Of a stretch of 38,677 nucleotides of DNA, positions 1-11,329 are shown in pieces. Both the position numbers and the translations under genes were made by a program. Source of the stretch: Phenylobacterium sp. (lineage in GTDB: Bacteria; Pseudomonadota; Alphaproteobacteria; Caulobacterales; Caulobacteraceae). The notes beneath the pieces are model-generated. The model saw only the letters and a list, made by a program, of their open reading frames with translations. It made no database searches and was not told the origin of the DNA. The DNA lies in the NCBI RefSeq assembly GCF_031412415.1, contig NZ_JANOCX010000138.1, forward strand, positions 1-38,677, given 5' to 3'. Each line of letters begins with the position of its first letter. Positions within the stretch are counted from its first letter, which is position 1.

Positions 1-77
1 GTAGTGGAGGTCGATCACAGGCGTCTCCCGGGCCTCTCGTCGGGCCTTGGAGACAGACTACTTGGCTGACCAGCCGG

Positions 78-105
78 CGCCAGCCTCTCTTGCGAGAGGC
101 GGGCG
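78..105 (-). terminator. Stem-loop downstream of the 105-aa ORF (possible terminator/3' stabiliser)
   Basis: GCCTCTC-loop-GAGAGGC at 83-100 (loop reads GCAA, a GNRA tetraloop, on the - strand), extendable by CGCC/GGCG; no U-tract. Confidence 0.4.
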
Positions 106-114
106 GGACTGGCG

Positions 115-432
115 CTATCGGCTGGTGTTGTCGGTGATCGCCTTGAGCGCGCCGCCGAGCATGTTCTGAAGCGGTCCCAGCGCGCCGGCCATGATGCCGC
201 CCACGCCGCCGCTCGAGGGACCAGCGGCCGTCTTGAGGTTCTGGAGCCGGGTCCAGAGGTCGTTCATTTCAAGCTCGAGATTGAAATTCGGCTTGGAGCC
301 CGCGCTGGAGGCCGTGGCCACCAGGACGGCGATGAACGCCTTGCGACTGTCGGCCATCGGGACCTTGCCCAAGGCCTCAAGGATGGCAGGCGACAGCAGC
401 GCCCCGCCCATGAGCTTGCCAATTCCGAACAT
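115..432 (-). CDS. Small Gly/Ala-rich hypothetical protein (105 aa), candidate T6SS-associated
   Basis: ATG at 432 with GGAG about 7 nt upstream; host-like GC3; putative promoter motif at 462-488; downstream hairpin; no recognisable domain. Confidence 0.7.
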   Translation of the reverse strand: MFGIGKLMGGALLSPAILEALGKVPMADSRKAFIAVLVATASSAGSKPNFNLELEMNDLWTRLQNLKTAAGPSSGGVGGIMAGALGPLQNMLGGALKAITDNTSR

Positions 433-461
433 CCTACCACTCCGTGTTGCCTCTAGCTCAT

Positions 462-488
462 AGGCGTAGCGTGAGGGACTGACGGGTC
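462..488 (-). promoter_or_regulatory. Putative ECF promoter GACCCG-N16-CGCCT
   Basis: Minus strand reads gcgtGACCCG tcagtccctcacgcta CGCCTa, ending about 30 nt before ATG 432. Confidence 0.65.
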
Positions 489-533
489 ACGCCGCGCGCG
501 GTCGCGGCGATCGGCGGGCGCCAGGCGGCGAGA

Positions 534-1016
534 TCAGAACTGCCGGCCGGCGAGGAAGTTCTGGTACATGCTCTTCAGTTCGGGATCGAGATTGTTGGTG
601 TGCATGAACATGCCGGTCACCACGACGATCTTGTCTGCAGCCATGTCGACGGCATAGGCGTAACCCTTAGCCGGCTGCGGCAGGTTTTTCATGTACTTCG
701 CAGCGATCTTCAGCAACACCTTATACATTGCAGCCACTTCCTCTGGCGGAGGCAGCGGATATGTACGATTCATCTTGTCGATCTTCTGAGCAAAACTAAT
801 CAATACGTCGTAATCAGCCTTGTATCCTTTGACTTTCTCGTAATAACCCATACCATCGACGCAGGTTTTTAGCGTCTTCTCCATATAGGGCATATGAAAT
901 TGAGAGGTGTAGTTGGAACTATTGAACGCCTTCACGAGCTTGTGGACGTTCTCGATCAACTGCTTGGAATCCATCGCTGAGACCTTGCCGGTCGCCCAGT
1001 CGATAAACGTGCTCAT
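534..1016 (-). CDS. Hypothetical, probably helical protein (160 aa) with AT-rich core; candidate T6SS effector/accessory
   Basis: ATG at 1016 with GGAG RBS; stays open through an AT-rich stretch; K/Y/M-rich; no signal peptide or known motif. Confidence 0.8.
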   Translation of the reverse strand: MSTFIDWATGKVSAMDSKQLIENVHKLVKAFNSSNYTSQFHMPYMEKTLKTCVDGMGYYEKVKGYKADYDVLISFAQKIDKMNRTYPLPPPEEVAAMYKVLLKIAAKYMKNLPQPAKGYAYAVDMAADKIVVVTGMFMHTNNLDPELKSMYQNFLAGRQF

Positions 1017-1099
1017 CGTCAGCTCCAGTCAGATCTTTCGGCGGCGCGGGACCACCCCGGCCGCGCCTGTCGCGATGCGCGAGGGGGCGTCGTTCGAAT

Positions 1100-1126
1100 A
1101 GGCGTCTACGGCGAGGATTTCGGGTC
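1100..1126 (-). promoter_or_regulatory. Putative ECF promoter GACCCG-N16-CGCCT
   Basis: Minus strand reads gcGACCCG aaatcctcgccgtaga CGCCTattc, upstream of ORF 534-1016. Confidence 0.65.
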
Positions 1127-1183
1127 GCGAGCGATGCGCCGGCGCCGCGTGGACGGCTGACGAGCCGCATGACCGGAACGCGT

Positions 1184-1210
1184 GACCCGAAAGCGGCCCG
1201 CCTTGCGCCT
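1184..1210 (+). promoter_or_regulatory. Putative ECF promoter GACCCG-N16-CGCCT of the clpV-hcp-vgrG operon
   Basis: gcgtGACCCG aaagcggcccgccttg CGCCTt, about 80 nt before clpV ATG. Confidence 0.65.
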
Positions 1211-1292
1211 TTCTAACAGGGGCAGGAACAGAGGCGCGGGCGTACGCCGTCAGCGCCTGTCCTGGTGAGAACTTTCACAGGAGTCGGGCGAC

Positions 1293-3995
<2,703 letters not shown>

Positions 3996-3996
3996 A

Positions 3997-4476
3997 ATGG
4001 CTATCTACCTCGATATCGCCGGCATCAAGGGCAAGAGCGGACACGACAACTACAAGGACTGGATCGTGGTCCAGAGCATGCACTGGGGCGTCGAGAACGA
4101 CGCGAAGACCACGGTCGGCGTCGCGGGCAGCCGCATGCCCGCCGGCAAGATCACGCCGCACGACGTCAGCATGATGAAGGAAATGGATCAGTCGACGGTG
4201 CCGCTGATGAAGCTGGTGTTCGCCGGCACCAACCAGGCCAAGGCCCGGATCGTCGTCACCCAGTCAACCGACAGCGGCGACGCCTATCTCGAATACACGC
4301 TGACCAACGCCATCGTCTCCAGCTTCCAGACCTCGGCCAACAGCGAAGGCCTGCCCATCGAGAACTTCGCCATCAACTTCACCAAGGTCGAGGTGAAGGC
4401 GAACCCCACCTCCGCGACGGGCGGCTCTCAGCAGGTCGTCGGCGAGTACGACTTCGAGAAGGCTAAGGCCGGTTAG
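3997..4476 (+). CDS. hcp: T6SS tube protein Hcp/TssD
   Basis: 159 aa; IYLDIAGIKG..KDWI.VQS..WG, KEMDQST, P.ENFAINFTKV; starts 1 nt after clpV stop. Confidence 0.93.
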   Translation: MAIYLDIAGIKGKSGHDNYKDWIVVQSMHWGVENDAKTTVGVAGSRMPAGKITPHDVSMMKEMDQSTVPLMKLVFAGTNQAKARIVVTQSTDSGDAYLEYTLTNAIVSSFQTSANSEGLPIENFAINFTKVEVKANPTSATGGSQQVVGEYDFEKAKAG

Positions 4477-4519
4477 CGAAATCGGCGCCGGCCAACGGCG
4501 GCCCGCGCCACCGGCCGGG

Positions 4520-4547
4520 CGCCGCGACTCCGCCATGAGTCGCGGCG
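4520..4547 (+). other. Perfect 11-bp inverted repeat between hcp and vgrG
   Basis: CGCCGCGACTC-cgccat-GAGTCGCGGCG. Confidence 0.7.
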
Positions 4548-4581
4548 ACCTCGTCGGTTTGCATGCATCGGTGAGTAAGGA

Positions 4582-6435
4582 ATGAGTTCCGAACGCGATC
4601 CGAATACGTTCCTTCGTCTCTACAAGGCGCCGGGCGTTCTGGAGAACTACTTCGTCTCCGAGCTTCAAGGCGAGGAGTGCCTCTCCACGCCCTTCCTGTT
4701 CACGTTGACGGTGCGGTCGCTGGGCGACATTCCCGACGTGAAGGATTGGATCGGCGCCTCGATCACCTTCGGCATGGGCGCCTCCGACAGCAATCTGCGC
4801 AAGGTCAACGGACAATGCGTGCGGCTGGAGCAGACCTACCATAAGGCCGAGTACGTCGAGTTCGTGATCGACGTCGCGCCTCTGTTCGCGCGCGCCAAGC
4901 ATCGCAGCGACTGCCGCATCTTCACCGACATGACCGCGATCGACGTGATCCGGAAGGTGCTGGGCGAGCACCGCCTATCGTTCGACTCCTCGAAGGTGAC
5001 GTCGGCCAATGAGGTACGGGAGTACTGCGTTCAGTACTGGGAGACCGACTTCGACTTCTGCTCGCGCTTGATGGAAGAAGAGGGGATTTTCTACTACTTC
5101 CTGCACGATGAAGACGCCGGAAACGGCGAGCACACTATGTACATCGCCGACGACGAGACCGCGTTCTTCGATGGCGAAGTTTTCGAGATCACCTTCCGCG
5201 AGGACGAGCATCACAAGGGCCTGACCACCATCGACCTGCAGCACATGCAGATGACCAGCGCCTGGATGAGCCACGACTACAACTTCAAGAAGCCGCACGC
5301 GCTGACACCCATCAAGAGCTCGACCAAGCTCAGCTATCCGGCCAAGAACACCAAGCTCTACGAGTGGCCCGGCCGCTACGACAACATGAACTCCGGCGAT
5401 CGGATGGCCAAGTTCGGGATCGAGGAGGCCGAGGCCGCCTCGGTCATCATGTCGGGGACCGGCACCTATATGGGCTTCATGCCGGGAGCCCGGCACCTGA
5501 TCGTCGACAAGCGGCTGAAGCCTGCCGAGCGCAAGGTCGCCGTCCGGTCCGTCAAGCACTACTGCCACAATCCCAAAAGCCTGTCGGAGGGTGCGTTCGA
5601 CTACCAGCAGTCGTTCACCGCCGTGCGCAGCTATGAACCGTACCATCCGCCCCGGACCACGCCGCGCGCCATCGTGCGCGGACCCCAGACCGGCGTCGTG
5701 GTCGACCAGGTCGATCCTGAGGGCTACGGACGGGTCAAGGTCCGCTTCCATTGGGACCACGCCAACAGCTCCAGTTGCTGGCTTCGCGTCGCTCAGCAAT
5801 GGGGTGGCGACCAGATCGGAGCTCAATGGATTCCGCGCGTCGGCATGGAAGTGCTGGTCGTGTTCCTGGAGGGAAACCCCGACCGGCCAATTGTTTCCGC
5901 GTGCCTCTACAACGGTGAGAACAAGCACCCCTTCCCGGTGCCTGACAACCTGTCCCAGGCCGGCTGGCGCACGCGCAGCCACCCCAAGGGCGATGTGGTC
6001 AACGCCTTCATCTTCGAGGACAAGGCCGACGCCGAAGAGATCTACACCTATGCCGGCCGCAACTATCGCCGGGAGGTCATCAAGGACGAGGACGTCGACA
6101 TCGGCGGTTTCCGAACCACCAAGATCGGCAAGGACGAAACCCGCGAGATCGGCGGCCAGCGTCGCACCAAGATCGGCAAGGACCAGTTCACCGAGGTCGG
6201 CGCCTCCTCCCAGACCGTGGTCAAGCGGGGCGCCCACCTGAAGGTCGGCGAGGGTCTGGGCGTCGAGGTGAAGGGTGACATCCGCATCGACAGCAACTCG
6301 GCCACCAAGATGGTGACCACTGGCAGCTTCACCCTGGAATCCCTGACCCAGCTGGTGTTCCAGGTCGCGGGCAACCGCATCGAGATCACCGCCGCCGGCG
6401 TGACGATCAACGGCGCCCTGGTGAAGATCAATTGA
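4582..6435 (+). CDS. vgrG: T6SS spike protein VgrG/TssI, no effector extension
   Basis: REYCVQYWETDFDFCSRLMEEEGIFYYF; GPQTGVV; GRVKVRFHWD; CWLRVAQ; PRVGMEVLVVFLEGNPDRP; C-terminal gp5-like beta-helix repeats. Confidence 0.97.
   Translation: MSSERDPNTFLRLYKAPGVLENYFVSELQGEECLSTPFLFTLTVRSLGDIPDVKDWIGASITFGMGASDSNLRKVNGQCVRLEQTYHKAEYVEFVIDVAPLFARAKHRSDCRIFTDMTAIDVIRKVLGEHRLSFDSSKVTSANEVREYCVQYWETDFDFCSRLMEEEGIFYYFLHDEDAGNGEHTMYIADDETAFFDGEVFEITFREDEHHKGLTTIDLQHMQMTSAWMSHDYNFKKPHALTPIKSSTKLSYPAKNTKLYEWPGRYDNMNSGDRMAKFGIEEAEAASVIMSGTGTYMGFMPGARHLIVDKRLKPAERKVAVRSVKHYCHNPKSLSEGAFDYQQSFTAVRSYEPYHPPRTTPRAIVRGPQTGVVVDQVDPEGYGRVKVRFHWDHANSSSCWLRVAQQWGGDQIGAQWIPRVGMEVLVVFLEGNPDRPIVSACLYNGENKHPFPVPDNLSQAGWRTRSHPKGDVVNAFIFEDKADAEEIYTYAGRNYRREVIKDEDVDIGGFRTTKIGKDETREIGGQRRTKIGKDQFTEVGASSQTVVKRGAHLKVGEGLGVEVKGDIRIDSNSATKMVTTGSFTLESLTQLVFQVAGNRIEITAAGVTINGALVKIN
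6118..6183 (+). repeat. 18-bp direct repeat within vgrG gp5-like repeats
   Basis: ACCAAGATCGGCAAGGAC at 6118-6135 and 6166-6183, both encoding TKIGKD. Confidence 0.8.
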
Positions 6436-7073
6436 ACGCCCAGGCGCCCCTCGACGCCGCCGGCCGGGCCATCGATCCCGGCTTCCCGGGCCTGCGTCCG
6501 TTCGACAGCGACGAAGCGCCCGCGCCGGCCCGCCGCAGGGCCGAGCTGATCGCCGGACCGGGACCGGCCGGCTGGCGCGAGATCATCGACAGCTTCTCGG
6601 CCGATCCCGGCGGCGGCGGACCGTTGCTGCGGACCCTCGCCTGGGGACTGGCCACCGAACGCCTGCTGCGCTGGATGTGCCTGGCCGCCCGTCTGGAGGA
6701 GATCGTCAGCGAACGGAAACGCCAGTCTCAAGCTCTCATCACCGCCGAGCGGTGGCTGCGCGAGCAGGACGACACCTTGCGCTACGAGGCCTACCGGCAG
6801 GGCCAGGCCGAGAACTTCGAGACGCCCGCGGCCATGGCGGCCCTGGCCACCTTCGTGTCGGGGCCTTCCCTGGCGCCGGCCGACGCGCCGGCCGAGCCGC
6901 CCGCGCCCGGACTTGGCCGCGCGTCGGCGACCTCGGTGCTGATGGCCGTCGCGGGATCGGATGCGCTTACCGTCGACGGCTTTGGGCGCGTCAACAAGAT
7001 CGGCCTGGACCTGGCGCGCGGAGGCGACGGCCGGTCCGGCGCGCGCGACGCTCTGACCGGAGCCGTCGGATGA
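6432..7073 (+). CDS. vgrG-coupled protein of unknown function (DUF6931-like)
   Basis: TTG start overlaps vgrG stop; pattern RW.CL..R...AL..AE.W...R..A....FETPAAMAALA.F.SG.SLAP...P.P resembles proteins commonly found after vgrG. Confidence 0.7.
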   Translation: MNAQAPLDAAGRAIDPGFPGLRPFDSDEAPAPARRRAELIAGPGPAGWREIIDSFSADPGGGGPLLRTLAWGLATERLLRWMCLAARLEEIVSERKRQSQALITAERWLREQDDTLRYEAYRQGQAENFETPAAMAALATFVSGPSLAPADAPAEPPAPGLGRASATSVLMAVAGSDALTVDGFGRVNKIGLDLARGGDGRSGARDALTGAVG

Positions 7074-7089
7074 GCAGGACAAGCACGCC

Positions 7090-8625
7090 ATGTTTCTTCT
7101 GAGACTCTTTCATCAGAGCAACCCCACCCGGCAGGTCGACTCCCGGTCGCTGGCGCAGGGCGAGCTGATGATTGGCCGCGATCCTGGGCAGGGCTGGCGG
7201 ATCGATGACCCGGATCGGCAGATTTCGCGGACCCATTGCACGGTGGCGGTACGGGGTGACGGCTTGTTCGTCCGCGACTCCAGCGCCAACGGCATCATCC
7301 TGGGTCGCACCCAGGAGAGGCTGCCCGCCGACCAGTTCGTCCCCCTGGCGCTGGGCGAAAGCCTGATCATCGGCAAGTTCGTGATCGTCGTGGAGCAGGC
7401 CACGAGCGACGCCTTCGGCGAATCCACGTTCGACCCCCCGCCCCTGGCCCGACGCGACACCGGCCCCTCCCCGTTCGCGCCACCACCTGGCCTTGGCGAT
7501 CTGCGCGGCCTGTCGACCCCGCGAGAGCCCGATCCATTCGCCAGCGAACTGAAGCGCACGCCGCTGGACGCCGATCCCTTCGGTTCCGACCCGCTCGACC
7601 GCGCTGTCGGGCGCAGAGGGCCGTCATCGATCGACGAGGACGCCTGGCAACGTCGCGAGCCCGGCCGGGTCGGCGACTGGAACGGACCGACGGAGCATCG
7701 CGCGGTCAGCCACGAGACCCTCATCGGCTCGGCCCGCGAGTGGTCCGAGCCGCCCAGCGCCGGATTGCCGGAGGTCGGCTTCGGCTTCGACGCGCCGTTC
7801 CACCGCCCGATCCTGAAGGCCGAGCCGGTGCCAGCGGAGGCCCTGATCATCCCCTCCGACTGGGAGGCGCCGCCCCCGGCCACGCCGCCGTCCGCTCCGG
7901 TGGAGGTCGCGGCCAGTCTCGTCGTCGTCCCGCCGCCGGCCCCGATCGTGGCCGAGCCGCCGCCGCGCCCCGCGCCTGTGGCCGTCGCCGCGCCGCCGCC
8001 CATCGTGCAACCGGCCGCCGTCGCCACGCCCGGCGGCGACGCTCTGTTCAGGGCCTTCTGCGAAGGCGCGAATCTCGATCCGGAGGAATTCGTCGGCGAG
8101 GATCCGGCTGCGGTCCTGCAGCGGGCCGGCGCCATCTATCAACAGATGGTGCTGGGCCTTGGCGACCTGCTCAGCGAGCGAACGTCCCTGAAAAACGAAT
8201 ACCGCATGGCCCGAACCACAGTCGCTCCGGAGGGCAACAACCCCTTCAAATGGGCGCCGGCCCGCCGGGTGGCGGTGGACCTGTTGCGCGGCGCCAACGA
8301 CGGTTTCATGAGCGGCCCACCGGCCGTGCGCGAGTCGTTCGAGGACCTGAAGAAGCACCTGCTTTGCCTGCTGGCGGGGATGCGGGCCTCCATCGCCTCG
8401 GCCTTGAACGCGCTCAGTCCGCCCAGCGTCGAGGCGCACCTGAAGGGTCAGTCCTTCGTCATCAAGGCCAGCCGCGGCGCAGCGGCCTGGTCTGAGTATT
8501 CGCGCCTTCACGCCGAGTTCCAGCGCCAGGCCGACGACAACCCCGACAGCCAGATCAATCGCGATTTCCGCGCCGCCTACGAACAACAGCTTGGAGAGCT
8601 CGATGGCCTCAGCGCACGCCGATAG
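7090..8625 (+). CDS. tagH: T6SS FHA-domain protein TagH/Fha
   Basis: FHA motifs IGR, ISRTHC, D.SANG; Pro-rich linker; C-terminal NNPFK and FEDLKKH. Confidence 0.93.
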   Translation: MFLLRLFHQSNPTRQVDSRSLAQGELMIGRDPGQGWRIDDPDRQISRTHCTVAVRGDGLFVRDSSANGIILGRTQERLPADQFVPLALGESLIIGKFVIVVEQATSDAFGESTFDPPPLARRDTGPSPFAPPPGLGDLRGLSTPREPDPFASELKRTPLDADPFGSDPLDRAVGRRGPSSIDEDAWQRREPGRVGDWNGPTEHRAVSHETLIGSAREWSEPPSAGLPEVGFGFDAPFHRPILKAEPVPAEALIIPSDWEAPPPATPPSAPVEVAASLVVVPPPAPIVAEPPPRPAPVAVAAPPPIVQPAAVATPGGDALFRAFCEGANLDPEEFVGEDPAAVLQRAGAIYQQMVLGLGDLLSERTSLKNEYRMARTTVAPEGNNPFKWAPARRVAVDLLRGANDGFMSGPPAVRESFEDLKKHLLCLLAGMRASIASALNALSPPSVEAHLKGQSFVIKASRGAAAWSEYSRLHAEFQRQADDNPDSQINRDFRAAYEQQLGELDGLSARR

Positions 8626-8636
8626 GGGCTCCCGCC

Positions 8637-9983
8637 ATGTACGGCGATAACAAGGTCCTCTGGGCGGAGGGCATGTTCCTTCGCACCCAGCACTTCCAGC
8701 AGTTCGACCGCCATGTCGAACGGCTGGCCCGCGACGGCCTGCAGGCGCTTCGGCCCTTCGCGTTCGGGTTCACCAGCCTGGAGATCGACGAAGCTCTGCT
8801 GAAGACCGGCGTCGTCGCCTTGTCGAAGGCGTCCGGCCTGCTGCCCGACGGCACCCTGTTCAGCCTGCCGGAGAGCGACGACCATCCGGCGCCCTTCGAG
8901 GCCCCCGCCGATCTGCGGGAGTCGGTGATTCATCTGGCCCTGCCCATCCGCCGGGCCGGAAGCGTCGACTCCAGCCTGGAGGTGAATCCCGACCGCAACG
9001 TCCGCTGGCTCGGCCAGGAGATCGAGGTCGCCGACAGCCTGGACGAGACCACCGTGCGCGCGCCGATCACTGTGGGGAAATTGGACCTGCGCCTCCTGCA
9101 CGACCGCCAAGAGCTGGCCGGCTACGTCACCCTGCCGATCGCCCGGATGATGGAGAAGCGCGTCGACGGCTCGATCATCCTGGATCCGGAGTTCATCCCG
9201 ACCGCGCTGACCTGCGACGCCGCGCCCAAGCTGCGCAGCTTCGTGTCGGAGATCCTGGGCCTGCTGACCCATCGCGGCGGGGCGATCGCCGCGCGGCTGA
9301 GCGGATCCGGCGGCAAGGGTACGGCCGAGATCACCGACTTCCTGGTGCTGATGCTGGTGAACCGCAACGAGAGCCTGTTGCGGCATCTGGGCGCCCTGCC
9401 AATGCTGCATCCCGAGGAGCTCTATCGGTTCTTGACCGGCCTGGCCGGCGAGCTCGCCACCTTCACCGAAAGTTCCACCAACCGTCCGCCCACCTTGCCC
9501 GAGTATCGGCATGTGGCCTTGCAGGAGTCCTACGCGCCCCTGATGGCTTTCCTGCGCGACGCGCTCAGCGCGGTGTTCGAGCAGACCGCCATCCCGATCC
9601 CGCTGGAGCAGCGGCCGTTCAACATCAGCGTCGCCAAGATCACCGACCGCTCGCTGTTCACCGACTGCATCTTCGTGCTGGCCGCCAAGTCATCCATCGA
9701 CGCGGAGAAGGTGCGCCTGAACCTGCCGCGCCGCACGACCATCGGGCCGGTCGAGCGCATCCGGGACCTGGTCAACCTACAGCTCGGCGGCGCGCCGATC
9801 CGCCCGTTGCCCACCGAGCCCCGGCAGATCCCATTCCGCGCCGGCATGGTCTACTTCGAGGTCAACACCAACGCCGACGACTGGAAGATCGTCGAGCGCT
9901 CGGGCGGCGTCGCCATCCATGTCTCCGGCGAAGTGCCTGATCTCACCCTCGAGCTCTGGGCCATTCGAGGGCGCGTCCGTTGA
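8637..9983 (+). CDS. tssK: T6SS baseplate protein TssK
   Basis: KVLWAEGMFLRTQHFQQFDR; HPEELY; PRQIPF; LELWAIR. Confidence 0.97.
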   Translation: MYGDNKVLWAEGMFLRTQHFQQFDRHVERLARDGLQALRPFAFGFTSLEIDEALLKTGVVALSKASGLLPDGTLFSLPESDDHPAPFEAPADLRESVIHLALPIRRAGSVDSSLEVNPDRNVRWLGQEIEVADSLDETTVRAPITVGKLDLRLLHDRQELAGYVTLPIARMMEKRVDGSIILDPEFIPTALTCDAAPKLRSFVSEILGLLTHRGGAIAARLSGSGGKGTAEITDFLVLMLVNRNESLLRHLGALPMLHPEELYRFLTGLAGELATFTESSTNRPPTLPEYRHVALQESYAPLMAFLRDALSAVFEQTAIPIPLEQRPFNISVAKITDRSLFTDCIFVLAAKSSIDAEKVRLNLPRRTTIGPVERIRDLVNLQLGGAPIRPLPTEPRQIPFRAGMVYFEVNTNADDWKIVERSGGVAIHVSGEVPDLTLELWAIRGRVR

Positions 9984-11329
9984 GCGGAAAAGACCCCTTC
10001 AGTTTCGGCGAGGAAGAAGGCGACCGCACCGTGATCGGCGGTCGCGCCGCGCCTCCGGACGCCGGCGATCGGACGATGATCGGTCCCTCGACCGCGCGAC
10101 CGGCCTTCGCGCCGCGCGTGGTGATGCTGGAAGACCTGGAGACCACCGGCAACAATCCGCTGCTGGCCGCTGCGGCCCCGCTGATCACCCTGGTCAACGC
10201 CCTGCGCTCGGCGACCCAGCCCGGCGACATCGGCCAGCTCCGCCAGACGGTCATCGACGAGCTTCGCCGGTTCCAGCAGGTGGCTCGCGCTCGCGCCGCG
10301 CCCGACGACGAGGTCCGTCACGGGCACTACGCGCTGTGCGCGCTGATCGACGAGGTGGTGCTCTCGACCCCCTGGGGCTCGAAGAGCGCCTGGCCCAAGC
10401 AGAGCCTGGTCGCCACCTTCCACAACGAAGTGGTCAGCGGCGACCGGATGCTGGAGATCGCCGAGGCCCTGGAGGCCCGGCCGAACCGCTCGCCCAACCT
10501 GCTGGAGCTGATCTATCTCTGCCTGTCCTTCGGCTTCGAGGGCCGTTTGCGGCTGGAGACCCAGGGCGCCAACCGACTCTTCCAGATGCGCGAGCGGATC
10601 TACAACGCCATCCGCCAGGTTCGCGGCGCCTTCGAGCGCGCCCTGTCGCCCAAGTGGCGCGGCGTGGACGCGGGCTATCAGCCCATCGCCAAGGACATCC
10701 CGCTGTGGGTGTTCGGCGCGGCCTTCGCCACCCTCGCCCTGCTGGTCTATGCCGGGTTCCTGTTCAGCCTTTCCAGCCTCGGGGATCGGGCGTTGAAGCC
10801 GCTGACCGGCCTCTATCGCGCCGGGGCGCCCGCGCTAAACCGCACCGCGCCGCCGCCGGTCGTGGCCGACAGCCGCCTGTTCCTCACCATCCTGGACATC
10901 CTGAAGCCTGACATCGACGCCGGCCGCGTGGCGGTCACCGACAGCCCTGACGCGGTGCTGGTGCGCCTGAAGGACAAGGGCCTGTTCGCCTCGGGCTCGG
11001 CCCAACTGGACGCCGACTATGGCGAGACCATCGCGCGCCTGGCCCAGGCCATCGACCTGACCGTGGGGACCGTCGCGGTGACGGGTCATACGGACAACCA
11101 ACGCATCCGCTCGCTGCAGTTCGCCTCCAACCAGGAGCTCTCCGAGGCTCGCGCCAACGGCGTGATCGCGCAACTGACCGGCCGCGGCATCGACGAGGGG
11201 CGGCTCAGCCCCACCGGCCTTGGCGAGAGCCAGCCCGTGGCCGGCAACGAGGACCCTGACGGCCGCCGCCAGAACCGGCGGGTGGAAGTGACCATACCCA
11301 AGACCTATGCGGCGGGAGCGCAGCCATGA
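9980..11329 (+). CDS. tssL: T6SS membrane protein TssL/DotU with C-terminal OmpA/MotB peptidoglycan-binding domain
   Basis: NPLLAAA; YALCALIDE; LELIYLCLSFGFEG; one TM; GHTD..N.ELSEARA..NRRVEV; TTG start overlaps tssK stop. Confidence 0.96.
   Translation: MSGKDPFSFGEEEGDRTVIGGRAAPPDAGDRTMIGPSTARPAFAPRVVMLEDLETTGNNPLLAAAAPLITLVNALRSATQPGDIGQLRQTVIDELRRFQQVARARAAPDDEVRHGHYALCALIDEVVLSTPWGSKSAWPKQSLVATFHNEVVSGDRMLEIAEALEARPNRSPNLLELIYLCLSFGFEGRLRLETQGANRLFQMRERIYNAIRQVRGAFERALSPKWRGVDAGYQPIAKDIPLWVFGAAFATLALLVYAGFLFSLSSLGDRALKPLTGLYRAGAPALNRTAPPPVVADSRLFLTILDILKPDIDAGRVAVTDSPDAVLVRLKDKGLFASGSAQLDADYGETIARLAQAIDLTVGTVAVTGHTDNQRIRSLQFASNQELSEARANGVIAQLTGRGIDEGRLSPTGLGESQPVAGNEDPDGRRQNRRVEVTIPKTYAAGAQP

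Noticed and set aside
7850-8040. Low-complexity CCG-rich tract in tagH
   Set aside because: Encodes the usual Pro/Ala linker of Fha proteins; not a DNA repeat element
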